DNA of 63,170 bases, filler included, from Bipalium vagum (lineage: Eukaryota), in assembly GCA_037834085.1 (NCBI GenBank). It is 3 parts of 3 records of this genome, joined end to end, with 100 filler letters (N's around TTAATTAATTAA, not from the genome) between each part and the next. Parts side by side here need not be neighbours in the genome. Positions count along the whole stretch, not along the records: positions 42,839 to 63,170 come from JBBMKC010255115.1; 2 more parts are not named here. One strand, 5' to 3'. The notes beneath the pieces were generated by a model. The model searched no databases. It saw only the letters and a program-made list of their open reading frames with translations, and was not told the DNA's origin. This document shows, in pieces, positions 49,701-61,890 of this stretch. The stretch's first letter is position 1. The number at the start of each line of letters is the position of its first letter. Position numbers and translations under genes: made by a program.

Positions 49701-52700
49701 AAAATATTTAATATTGAAACAAAAGTTAGGCAAAAACTCTAGAGCGAAGCGTAAGTCAACAAAGTCAAAGTTTGTAATAGTAACTTGAAATAAATAAATA
49801 TCTAAAATGTTTTGTTATAATTTTTTTATTTTTTTAATAAATATACAATCTATGAAGTATTGTTGAGTCCCGAATCAATTGAGTACTCTCACAGCTCATG
49901 ACAGCTATATTGAGCAGTTGGCTTTACACAGAGATTAATTACAGAATGCTTACCATTCCTAGAGAAGTTTGTGATAATCCATCAACATGAAAATGAATTG
50001 TCTAAATTGAAAAAAATATTCTCAGATGACCAGTACCACAAAAAAATCTTATGTACGTAAAAGTTCAACTTCACGAAAATCCTAAGAGATCCATATAAAG
50101 TAGACATAATGGTGTAGGAACAATGGATTTAATCAAGTGTGGGAAATTTACAGTTAAACCATATAGTAACAGTTGTTGGGATGTCAATAAAAGAAGTACA
50201 AAACAGATTACTAATAAAGGAAATGAAATAAGTATAAGAAAAGTAATAGTAAAAACAGAGAACGAAACCTCAAAAGACGCCATTCCGGAAAATTAAAGAA
50301 TTGATTTGGAAAGTAAGTCACTGCACAGAAATTACCACACCGACAATAGCAAATACTTCAAAAACAATTTATCAAGAGATTCAATAATTAAGAGTGGAAA
50401 ATAGGAAATTTACTGATCAAGGAAAAACCACAGTCAGTCAAACATAAGATAAAACAAGAGAAATTTTGTCAAACTTCAAATTAATAAAACCGAAGAAATC
50501 AAAAAAGAAACACCAAATTCACCAAATTAGGTAATAATAGCAAGCATTGCAGGAATCATAACTGTAAGCTGGTTAGCAGGAGAACTATTCTGTCAAATCC
50601 CAATATGTAGACAGAGCAAGCGCTATTTCAGATGGCTAAGCATGTAACCAAAAGACTTCCAACCAGTCAGTATAGAGTTAGAAACTTGGGAACCAAATTT
50701 AATAAGAGAAGAAAATTTTTATAATGCAGGAAACAGGAACATTTTGTTTAGCATAAGTATAACCTTACAGCTAGTGTCATAATTAATAAATATAGGAAAA
50801 TATATATATATATAATAAAAATAATAATGGAATGATTGTTGATATGATTGTTAGTATAATGATAAAATTAAAGTTAAGATAATGATTGTTGGGTAATATT
50901 TTACCGGATCTTATAAGATCAGTAAATATTTGGTTGCGTTTGTCTAAGTAAAATGGTTGATCTTAAACCCAATTTTTGGAATAGTAATAATCGTTTTTAT
51001 TTATTATTTTAGTCGTCAAAACTAATAATGGAAATCATTCGCCCAAGCCGTTCCCCTGAATTAGAGGTTGATGGTTGAAAGGAACTATTAAGGATCAAGG
51101 AAAAGATGGAGTTGAATTTATCATTGAAATGCATATTGAACATGATCAAAACCGAAGAAAAGGATGTTAAAGCAAAATTGGAATATACAAATCAGGGATC
51201 AAGTACTTCCAGGGTGTCACAGTAATTACCAACAAACTTAAAAGTTCCAGAAGAGAAGACAGACACGTGGTATGTTTCTGAAAAGGAACTTATGGTTGAG
51301 CCTAACAAAGTTTGCGGATCGTTAGCCAGGCTCATAATCACGTGCATGAATTATAGAAAAGAGCAGACATCACTACCTGATTAATCTCCCTTGGAAATAG
51401 TTACGACAAGTAAATTCTATCCGTGATACTAACTTTTGATATAAGCGATAATTTATTTATTTAATTTTAATTTAATTTATTTTATTTTGTGTCATCTATT
51501 ATTAAATTTTAGTACATTTATTTGCAAGAATTTATTTTTAGAAATGTAATTTTTTATTGGATTACGGGACAAACTGTTGAGGTTCGTTTCCTATCTTTTA
51601 CCTTTCTTTAAATAAAATTTTTGGCGAAAAATAAAATTTAAATAATATACTGGCTAATTTAAAATTATGTATATTAATTATTCATTATTAATTCAAATTA
51701 ATTAAATAAATTTTAAAAATTAAATTATAAATATTATTTTAAGAACAACTACTAATTTTTAATCAGTAGCATGTCATCCTAAAATTATTTAATTATTTTT
51801 TCGAAATTTTTAGAATTTAAATTTATTTATAGTAATATTTAATTATAGAAGGAACGTCGTGACTCACAATTGTACTGGCCAACCAGAAACACTAAAATGA
51901 ACTGCAAAATAGTATATTAGCCAGCAAAAAATTACTAATTGTTGCCCAGAAAATTATTAAAGATATCCAAGTATGTTTCTTGATAATTTTATTTTTGCTG
52001 ATCAGTGTTTTTTTTGCTGACTGTCGAGTGTTAAAGTTTGTTAGATAACAACTGCCTGTTGCAGTTTGATTGTTGTAAATAAGAAAGGTCTCACCCTTAT
52101 TTTATTTAATAAATTTTTAGAGCGTTCGTTTTAGTTTTTTTTATAAGGTAAGATAGCGAGCTCTTTGGGTAATATCACATTAAATTCTGTGTAGATCAGA
52201 TGAGCTGCGCAAAATTTTCGCCAATTATTATTTTATTTTCATCAATTTCAAATACATTTACTGAAATATTATTTGATTTATATCTTTTTTTATATATCTT
52301 CTATTTTCATAGGAAAATTTATATCATTTAAATTTAATTTATTTATATACTAAATATAATTATTTTTTCTATCATTGTGATCGATTGCTGGATATAAAAA
52401 CCAATTACTGAATAAACAAAACATTTATTATTTATTATATATTGTGAGATAAATTGAAAATTAGTCGGGGGATGTTGCTCAGCTGTCAGAGCAGTCCATA
52501 TATAATTCTATCCATATTTTTTTTGTTCTTTTTTTCTATATACTTGCTTAATTTTTCTAAATTTGACAAGTGTTTTTCTTATTTCTTCTTTCTGGTTGTA
52601 AATAGAATTTATTTATTATTTCATTTTCATTTTTTTCTAAAGAAATTTTGTATGGATGAATAGATTTACATCTAATAAAAATTTGGTAACTAAATTTATT

Positions 52701-55700
52701 GTTAATATACTTAAAATAATACTTAATTATGTCTATTAATTTATCTTGAAAATTAAAAATACTTTCATTATTATTATCTTGAATTTAAAATTTTTTGATT
52801 TATAATTATATATTTATAATTATATTTTTCGAATTTATCTCCGAATTTTATTTCATTTCATTAGAATCATTTCCAGGCAGTTCCTTAAAAATATGCTTAT
52901 TACATAAAAAATAATGAGTTAATAAATTAAAAAATTTATGAAATTAATTAAATAGATTAATAATTAAATAGATAAATAATTACAGTACCCTCCAACAGTT
53001 TGTTCACCTCCTGTAAAATTTACTAATTTAATTTTTTATAATTCTTACAGCGTTTATTTCAGTTACAGAATGGTAAGAAAAATATCCGAATTAAAATGTC
53101 ATAGTTGTACTATAGAAGAGTGGGAAAACCTGGAATGAAATTCAACAGAATCAATATTTCACCAGTGTATCTAGACATTGAATGCTAAAAATTTTGCAAA
53201 GTTTTTAAGAACAAACTAAAAGAAAGATTTCGCTCGCATTGGAAGACCTTGAAAGGTATCAATAAGAAGTGAAAGATTACTCAAAAGAATTTTAAGAGCA
53301 AATAATAACCTTTCAGTGGCACAAATAACCAATGACTTCTTATCTCAAAGCAGTACTACAACATCATCGAGTACGAGCATAAAGAAACCTTTCCTATCAA
53401 TAAAGACAACAGAGAATGTTATGGGCCGACAAGCATAAGGACTGGGATTTTAATACGTTGAAAAATGTTTTCTTCAGTATCGAAAGTATTTTTCTAGTGT
53501 TATAGTCAGTATAGGAAACATTAGGTTTTTCGGACAGCAAATGGTAAATGCAAACTAGGAAATATACATCAAACTATGAATCACGGACCTAAAATACATA
53601 TATGTGGATGCTTTTCTTCGAATGGTGTGAGATTATTATAGAAGGCAGAAGGTTCCATGGATGCCAAATTATATCAGAGAAGAATAGTAAATGACATTGA
53701 TGCTGATAAATGCTTAGTACTCCCTGAGAATTATTCCATATTCCAACAAGACATGGAATTTAAAGTACAAGGACATAAGTACTTTAAAAGTAAAAATATT
53801 AATGTGCTAGATTGGCCAGCAAATTCTGCAGATGTCAACCAATTCGAAAATATTTTTGGATACCTTAAGTATCCAATGCAACATGTTCCATGCCATTCCA
53901 AAGAACAATTGTGAAAAGCAATTCAACAACAATGATATTCTTTGGATAGAAAATATTGTCAAAATCTCGTGGAATCAATGGCGATGCTAGTCAAATCTGT
54001 TCTCAATATGAAAGAGCATCCAGCTAAGTATTAGAATGTAATTGTGATGAATATTTGATAAATACATGTTGACTTACATTCGTTTTTATTTATTTTGATA
54101 GGACGTGAATAAACTTTTGGAGGGTACTGTAAATTAATTAATTAGATATTCGATATTGAAAAAATTTCAAAACCAAATTACGTCCATTCGATATTTGGTT
54201 TTCGACATTTGGGTTTAGGTGTTGCTCGCAATTAGCCATATTTCCACAATTGTTGTAATACAAAATAGTAACTTATTTTTAGGGAAAACTTATTAAAATT
54301 TTTATGAAAATTTTTAAACATTTATCAATAATATTTCAAACACAAAATGTTTTATGAAAATATATAATATTTTTAACAAATTTAAATAAGTAATAAGTAA
54401 CATAATTAATATTTACTTATACGATCCAACCACAAAACATTTAGGATCTCCATAAAGTATGTAATTATTCTTCAAAGAGCACTTGAATTTCTGAACAATA
54501 TGAATAAGTGGAAGAATTAAATATTATTAACAAACTTCGAAATTCGGACTCCATCTAAATACAAATGTTAAACCATTTCCGTAAAATTGTCTTGACATTC
54601 GAATATATGTATTGCACAAAGCTCCAAATATCTAAATTATTATAAGTATTTAAAATAAACGTTTTATAAAAATTTGTAAATCTCTAACCTAATTTTGAAA
54701 AGAAAATGAACAAGCTTATAAATAGCAATAAAAATAGCACGATTTTAAATTTTTATTTTAATTTTTGATTATAGTAATAAACTTTTTTATTCAATTAACT
54801 TTCGATTATTTTGCTTATTGTTTTGATGATCGTTCATATTTGCAACTTAATTATATATTGGAAATTGATTGATTTTTTTATTTACCAAAATAGTTTAAAG
54901 TCTTGCATGTTGAATCTGTCTGCGTAATGAATAAATAAGAATAGTTACTAATATCAACCACCTGATGCTTGTGCTCATTTATTCTTTTAAATTCTTTAAA
55001 TTTCATTTCCTTGTTAAAAATCTGAATTTCACAGTTCAAAATTTCATATTTTATTAAGTGTCTTATACAAAAATTAATGAAAATTAAAACTTCAGTTTTT
55101 AAAATTTTACTAACAAGCTGAAAAATAAAAAAATAAATATTGGGTTGATGTTTAAGTCATGTTGGTTTTCAATAAAATTTTTTAAAAATCCATTGTCCCA
55201 CATTGTTTATTAAGTCTTCCAAACGCCAAAGTATCTTTTTTATTCCTCATTTGAAAAAATTATCAGGTTTTGAAAGCAATTCCACATGCCAATTCTTCAA
55301 ATGAAATTTCACACATGTAGTTCGATAAAAATGAAAATGCGTGGAGTCTAGATCAGATAAATATACCGGATGAAGTATGGCTTCCCAACTAAGTTTGTCA
55401 ATGACTAATTTTTTCGAATGAGATATGGTCTAGAATTGTTATGAATCAAAGTTTCAGGTCGTTCTAAAATATTACAACCTCTAGTTAATGCAGATATCGT
55501 CAATAAATTTTGGAAGTTATATTTTGGTTTTTCTCAAGTAATTCATAATGAATAAATCCATTTTCCGGATAGAATCTGGTTTAAAATCGCTAGGTTTCAT
55601 GTTGATCTGGATTTAACCATTTTTTAATATGCTTAATGTGAATTTATATGCACAACTGTTATATCATTGTTTATGATGCGTGATAATAAAGACTAAGGCT

Positions 55701-58700
55701 GTTATGGTAAAGCAACATAACGTAAAGAATTACTAATAACATACGCATGATATTTTTCGGATCAATTAAAACATGGGATGGGGTTCTCAAAAATCAAAGT
55801 TTTGCACCTTTCTCCTTTGATTAAAATTTTAAACGATGGTTGTGTGACTCATACCCATGTTTTTTCCTAATTCGCAAGTATTTAGACAAAATCGACATCA
55901 GATCTTCCGGAACACATTCGAAATTGTGGTATATAAATCAAGAAATTATATTTGCGACTTCGTTTCGCTGATCGCGTCTTTTCTAAAAACTGAAAATAGT
56001 GTTAGCGACTTCAATAGTCTTTACTGATTGAATAGACACAAAAAATGAAATATCCGGTTTTTTTTAACTGGCACTACATTTTTAGGTACTTTTTTGTAAT
56101 CGGAAATCTTGAATCATTAAAATCATTTTTCAAATTTAAATAAAATCATCAGTATTTTTTTTCCAATTTCAAAAGTAAATTTTTTAAAATATTTATATTT
56201 GACTAACAACCAATAGTAAGTGCGTTCCTTAAACAAAAAAGTACCTTCGACAAAACTAAATATCTATCTTTTTCAAGTTTTACCTTATTGATTCTTGATT
56301 TGGTTGATGAATTTAAACAAACCGACGGGATTTAAGAATCAATCCAATATAAAAAGGTAAACCTGTTTTTGATGTAATATTAAAGAAAATATATTTTCAA
56401 TCTAATTTGAAAAAATTAAAATTACATTTTTTTTCATATCTTTTAAAACAATAATACAAAGATTTCTAGTTGATTCAAAAACCTTTCTATAAAGTGTCTG
56501 CAAGCTCCACCCATCTCTTGATGTGCTGTATATTAATTCCCACTTTGCTCCAACAGCCTCAGATGGTACATGATGCAGTAACTAAAATGAAAGAGTTTTA
56601 AACATATAGCCTTAAAATTTTCTACTAAACCAAATTCATTAGATTTCCTTTCTGTTACAAAAAGAAAATTATTATGTTTAAAAAGAATTTATCATAATTA
56701 ACATTATTATTCGTTAAACTTTGAATGTAATAATAATACAAAAAATAAATAATACAAAATAATGTCAGAAAAAATGAAAATAATTCATAAAATCATATTA
56801 ATCTTGCTAAATAAAATAATATTTTCTATCCTCAAAGTTTAATTTATATATTTATTAATTTAAAAAGTGACTACTTACAAAAGTATTTAGAACAAATTCG
56901 ATCATCAGTTTTTGGAATAGCTTTATTGTAGTGAAAAGTATAAATTAAAATTCCTTTAGTATTTATGTTTAAGAGTTGGAAAGAAACTCTACGGAATTCA
57001 TATTAAACAAATAAATGCAAATTTTATTAAATAAAAATAATTCTAATCAATTATATATATTCCTTTACTTTCAACGAATGTGTCCGTCGTTGTGTTAACT
57101 ATTATACTATACCCTCTCTTTGAAAACTGAAGCGCTTACATAAAGCGTTTACCACTTAATTAAAATGTCCATTAAATAATATTAAAAAATAAGAAATTTT
57201 AAAAATCATCTATTTTTAACAAAATTAATTGATTAAATGTGTATATCCATAAACTTTCTTTCCAACCATATATATTAATATAACAAAAGTTGCGACCTGG
57301 TATGAATGGACAAAAAGTGTCACAATATAATAATGAAAAGTTATCAATAAGAAACAAGATGTATAAATTGTCAAGAGATTTTTTTCACATCAATTGCACA
57401 AAATAAGTCATTATTAAAAGCGGTAGTCTTTCGGTAGTCCGAATTTCATTCATTCATCATTTTAATAAAAATAATAATAATCATGATTATAATAATAAAA
57501 TATTAAGTTGAGGGCATACGTTCTGCAGTACTTATAAAAAAAATTAAATTTATAACAAAAATTTATTAAAAACAAAAACAGTAGAATCTAATTTTCAAAG
57601 TGAAGTCCGCCATTCCTTAAAATGTTCTTTCACCGATCTGCAAGCATCCGAATCTAGTTGAAATGATAGCTTTGATTGAAAAAAATCTTCGCATACTTCT
57701 TCAACTTCACTGATTTGAATCGCTTACCTCCCGGGTAGTGCTGCATTGAGCGAAAAAAGTCCATAGTTGGATAGTGTGGAATCTTTAAGTTAATGTGTGC
57801 CTCAAAACTGTTTTGTGATCCACATTAAGCATTGTTCCAAAATCACGACTGCTGAACAATGGTTCATAATCTAAATTCCTAAGTAAGTTCTCATTATCCA
57901 ACTGCGATGGTCGACCATAACGAAGTTTTTCTTCCAAACCAGTTTTGAAACTTTTGTAACAACTAGATAAAGTTGTATCGTTCTTCAGCATATTTCTTTT
58001 GCAGCCTCCATAGTAAATAGTTCGCGTTTCAAACAATAGCGAATAAAATTTGCAATTTATTTCTATTCAAATTATCTAAAATTAAAATAAATAATAAATT
58101 ATTTATTTATTAATATTATTTTATTAAATGCTTACTTGATTGTGATTAATTACTTTCTTATGATGATTTAAAAATTTCTTTAATGAATTAAGAATATTTA
58201 AACAAGTTGTGCTAAATATTTTTAGGATTAGATTTAATACTACTCATATTTTAATAATTTTAAGTGCTGCAGAACTTATGCCCCAACCTAATAATAATTT
58301 TAAAAAGATTGACTTTTTTAGGCCAATATTGAACAATTTGTTATAATATGTTGGCGGCTATTGCTGCCATAGAATTGATTAATTCCTTGTGAGACAGCAT
58401 TATACAAAAAGTCTGGATTCATTGAAGTGATAGATTATTCTTGTCTTTAATTAATTTGCTATTCAGATTGTAATTTGATATATTACAAATATATCTCGGT
58501 GTGCAATTTCTTAGTTATTATGTTGATTATTATTAGATGTGTGAACTGTATAAGAATTTAAATATTTTTAGTCAGATTTAAGCTTATATTATAATCGGTT
58601 GGGAAAGTTACCATTGAATCGATTAGTATTAACAGTGTTAAGTTTGTGTACTAATTAAAATTGAGCGCTGTAAGTAAAATACGATTTTGAGTTTCAAGGA

Positions 58701-61700
58701 AACCTTTAAAAATTGTTTGCGTTTGTCATAGTTGATTGAGGTGTGGATGGTAAGTTGTTAGCATTATTTTAACAGAGATTCAGTATTAATTGTGAAGTTA
58801 ACATTAATATATTTCGTAATTTGGCGGTGAATTTTAGTAAACCTTCTACGTTTTTTTGGTTTATCCTTAGAATTATTAAAGAACCTAACTATATTAAAAG
58901 ATTTTATCAGAAGAGAGTATATTAATTATAAGTATATTTTTGGTATTTAATTTTAATTTGTGCAATTTTATTTTTTTTAAATTTTTATTCTAATTTTACA
59001 ACATTTAGAATTTTTATCAAAAATACTAAAAATGAATATTTCACCATTTTCTAATTTTATCTAAAAAAATTTATTCATTAATAATAATTAATAATAGGTC
59101 TAATATTTATCATATTATTTTGATAAAAGTAAACTATTTATGTTCCTCAAAAATGATAAAAATCAGTTAAACTCACGATTTTAAACTTTTTGATACTTAG
59201 AATTTCACTTTCAATGTAGTCTACATCATCAAGTGAACAATGAAAACCGGAAACCATTATTTCAAAATCATCATTTATGATCTAAACATAATTATTAATT
59301 AAGTGATAAAATTATTATAATTATACAAAGAAACAAAATTATAAGATAGTAGTCAATTAATAAATTTACTGGTTCAGAATAATTAAATTGAATGATTCAT
59401 ATATAGTAATATTAAAATATAATAGTATATCTTTCTTTTTTATATCAGACTAAAAGTTTTATTTTACTGTGCATTTAATAAGTCTACATTTTAAAGTCAA
59501 ATAAAAAAATTATAAAATATAAGTAATATTTGAGAATTGAGTTTCGAGAAAAAATATGGAAAGAGAAATATTGGCAGTACCAGTAGAGTACTAAGCTTCA
59601 GACAACATATCATGGCCATATGCAGTGAGACATCTTTTGATGATTTATATTCATAATTTTGTTACTATTGCCCGTGAATAATGCTTAGGCTTAAATGCGA
59701 ACTGGAAACGAACAATTACAAAGCGGCAGACGCTGCAAATGGGTTCGCTGAAGAATCGTCTTTAATACAGAATTTTTGGGATATAATATTATTTTATCGA
59801 TCTTTTATTAGTGATGTTTTTCAAATTTGGTAAATCTCGTAGAGCTTGGTGTCAAACAAAGACATCTTCATGGATATATTGGTAATATTGAAATTAAATT
59901 TTGTTACTGATAATTATCACATAATAATATAATCATATTGTGCTAAAAGAAAACTGAAATGGAAATGAGGGATTTTGGGTTTAAGGTTATTTAGTTTCAT
60001 GGTCGGTAATAAAACTTATAAAATAAATAATAAAACTTGAAATAAATTCTTGAGAAATTAATACTTACACAATTTAATAAAAAAATAATTATATAGTTGA
60101 ACATGATTTATTTAGATGAAATGATGATATTAAAGTAGTACATAAGAAATTAATATTGAAAACATTTTATGGCTTAAAATCATTTATAGAATTTAATATA
60201 GTAAAAATAAAGAAGCTAAAAGAGATGGAGTTATTTTTGAGGATTTTTTTTCAAATTATTAAAATATGCATTTTCTGGAAAGACATTAGAAAATGTTAGG
60301 AAGCGAAAAATTATAGAAATCGTTAGTAATTATTGTTAGTTAGATTTATATCAGTTGATAAGTTATCAAGTCATTTCGAAATTATATATTTTAATATAAC
60401 AATTATTTCAAACAAATTAATTAATTAATTTAAATAATAAATATTTTAACTAATTAAAAGTATTTAAAACATTTTAATCCTCACGTCCCCCGTTTTTAAG
60501 AATTTCCTGATCTTTTCAATGTTTCTGACTACTTTCTTCCCATTCGTATTTGTCATTTCGTAACATCTGTCATGGATTTTCTTCTTAATTTCGTATGGCC
60601 CCTCGTATCTATCTTGATCTTTAGTTCTAACTTCTTTTCTAACCATGACTGCGTCTCCGACCGTAAAGTTCATTTTTGTTTTTGACTATCCACCTCCCGT
60701 GATTCTTGTCTGATTTTGAGATTTTGATTCCTACTGAACCATCTTTCTCTATTTATTCTCAGGCCCACAATTAGCTCCGCCGGACTCATACTCATTTCTC
60801 ATTTTTAATTAATTGTAAATTTTTTTTTAATATTTATTTAATTTAATTTTAATATTTACTTTAAAATATTTTTATTTTAATTTTTAATGGCACAATATAT
60901 TAATTTATTAAGAATGGAAAATTTTTTAAATTTTTATTGTTAACACAGCTATTATTATTTAACACAGCTAACAATAAATATTCTCAAACATTTTTAAAGT
61001 TTAAATATATTAAAAATATAAAATTCTAACGGTCTAAAAGGTATTTGGAGATTAATATAATTTGATAGATTTTAATTTCTTATTTTATTTATACGAAGTA
61101 ATATTAATTTTTAGCACTATTTCTAGAAGCTTTTACAAGAACTCACCTCCCAATCCATTGACTTTTCTCTCATTAACTGAAATCTGTCAATATTAGAATC
61201 CAATTTTTCACTGCACAAAGTATGATAATGATTCTCTACTTTTGTGAAGCTGGCATTCTTTATTAATTTGATACAATTCCCTAAATCTGATTTCACTTCA
61301 CTATGTTCGTCTTGCCAAGTGATCTGAGAATCGATATTTTCACCAACATCGTACTTGTTATTTCCAATTTTTAATAAATATTGCAAAACCTTATCTGTAC
61401 TAAAATAAATAAACATAATTATGAATTTATTATAGAAAATTGTTAACTCTTCGTCTAAAATCATGAACCAGTATTCATCTTCTCTTTGATACACTGCTTT
61501 AGCCTTTCTATATCGCGGTGAAGCTATAATACATAAAAAATTCTGATTAATAGTTTTGTGATTTTCAAATTGCTTTTTCCCATAAGAAATATTGTAATTT
61601 TCTCCAAACATGACTTTGTTCGAGTCTGATGACTTATTGCAAGTAGCTAATTTATTTGATTCTATTTGGACAGAATCTTGGATATTTATAAGTTGAAAAG

Positions 61701-61890
61701 TAACATCTTTGATTTCACTTTGAACGGGTTCAAGAATCTTCTCCATCGATATTCTTCAAATTATAAAATTAATTTTCATTTATTTATTAGAAAATGGAAA
61801 TTTTCACATTACTAAACTTTTATCATACTTAGGTTGTTCGATATATGTTTTGAATGATATGTGAACCTCAAAAAAATTCATATAAACTAC
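46633..61890 (-). CDS. OXR1: OXR1/NCOA7-like TLDc-domain protein (spliced, 5' end unresolved)
   Basis: Exons (-): ~61890-61829, 61753-61448, 61399-61147, 59281-59197, 56651-56626, 56581-56483, 54961-~54907, 54631-54536, 54490-54417, 46768-46633. Motifs FLCI..EYWF, DWE, SEIL, WELIYSTSRDGWSLQTLYR, IFGA..FYGNGLTFVF, CETF..VEVWSF*. Confidence 0.9.
47351..47470 (+). repeat. 26-bp tandem repeat (GAACTCTGCTTCCGAATTTGTCTGTT) in LTR-like block
   Basis: About 3 full units plus partial units. Confidence 0.85.
47930..48650 (+). mobile_element. Decayed mariner
   Basis: VEDEHRSGRPST, ITGDET and VFYDY..VHKEFLPTGQ motifs. Confidence 0.85.
52443..52499 (+). mobile_element. tRNA-headed element copy 4 (left end and D-arm half)
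   Basis: TGTGAGATAAATTGAAAATTAGTCGGGGGATGTTGCTCAGCTGTCAGAGCAGTCCAT. Confidence 0.75.
52983..54129 (+). mobile_element. Tc1-like transposon with TIRs
   Basis: TA|CAGTACCCTCCAACAGTTTGTTCAC ... GTGAATAAACTTTTGGAGGGTACTG|TA; IFQQD and LDWPANSADVNQFEN motifs. Confidence 0.93.
54417..54490 (-). CDS. OXR1: TLDc exon KFKCSLKNNYILYGDPKCFVVGSY
   Basis: Phase 0 to 2; preceded by a 45-nt intron. Confidence 0.85.
54536..54631 (-). CDS. OXR1: TLDc exon IFGALCNTYIRMSRQFYGNGLTFVFRWSPNFE
   Basis: Phase 0 to 0; matches VFGALASEPLKVSDGFYGTGETFVF. Confidence 0.9.
54907..54961 (-). CDS. OXR1: TLDc exon VVDISNYSYLFITQTDST (donor unresolved)
   Basis: cag| acceptor, phase 0; expected position between LYRK and IFG. 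Confidence 0.6.
55140..56347 (-). mobile_element. Decayed mariner with TIRs
   Basis: TA|TTGGGTTGATGTTTAAGTC ... GATTTAAGAATCAATCCAA|TA; minus-strand WEAILHP..DL and GIKK..RLEDL. Confidence 0.8.
56483..56581 (-). CDS. OXR1: TLDc exon LLHHVPSEAVGAKWELIYSTSRDGWSLQTLYRK
   Basis: Phase 0 to 0; TLDc N-terminal motif. Confidence 0.9.
57503..58291 (-). mobile_element. Internally deleted mariner with ~32-bp TIRs
   Basis: TTAAGTTGAGGGCATACGTTCTGCAGTACTTA / TAAGTGCTGCAGAACTTATGCCCCAACCTAA; GRPSQLD..VDHKTVLRH. Confidence 0.9.
59197..59281 (-). CDS. OXR1: OXR1 exon IINDDFE...IESEIL
   Basis: Phase 0 to 1; links the DWE exon to the pre-TLDc exon. Confidence 0.75.
60464..60795 (-). mobile_element. Ty3/gypsy integrase C-terminus, PPT and LTR start
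   Basis: MSPAEL..FTVGDAVMVRK..RYEGPYEI (GPY/F module); AAAAACGGGGGA PPT followed by CGTGAG (degenerate TGTGAG). Confidence 0.8.
61147..61753 (-). CDS. OXR1: OXR1 central exons (61753-61448 and 61399-61147)
   Basis: FLCIIASP..EYWFMILDE|TDKVLQYL (cf. YLCLRVGKP..EYWFAVPQERTDHLYAF); ends DWE|gtgagt. Confidence 0.8.

Larger units (their letters stand above)
48694..54227 (+). mobile_element. Putative MULE-like TIR element with nested insertions
   Basis: Inverted ends CAACAGTCAAGCCCCAATATCGAATACCAAATATGGAA versus rc CAACACCTAAACCCAAATGTCGAAAACCAAATATCGAA, both with internal AATATCGAA repeats; decayed coding at 49050-49510. Confidence 0.5.

Noticed and set aside
56582-56611. 29-nt GC-AG intron in OXR1
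   Set aside because: A canonical in-phase GT donor at 56625 (44-nt intron) explains the junction.
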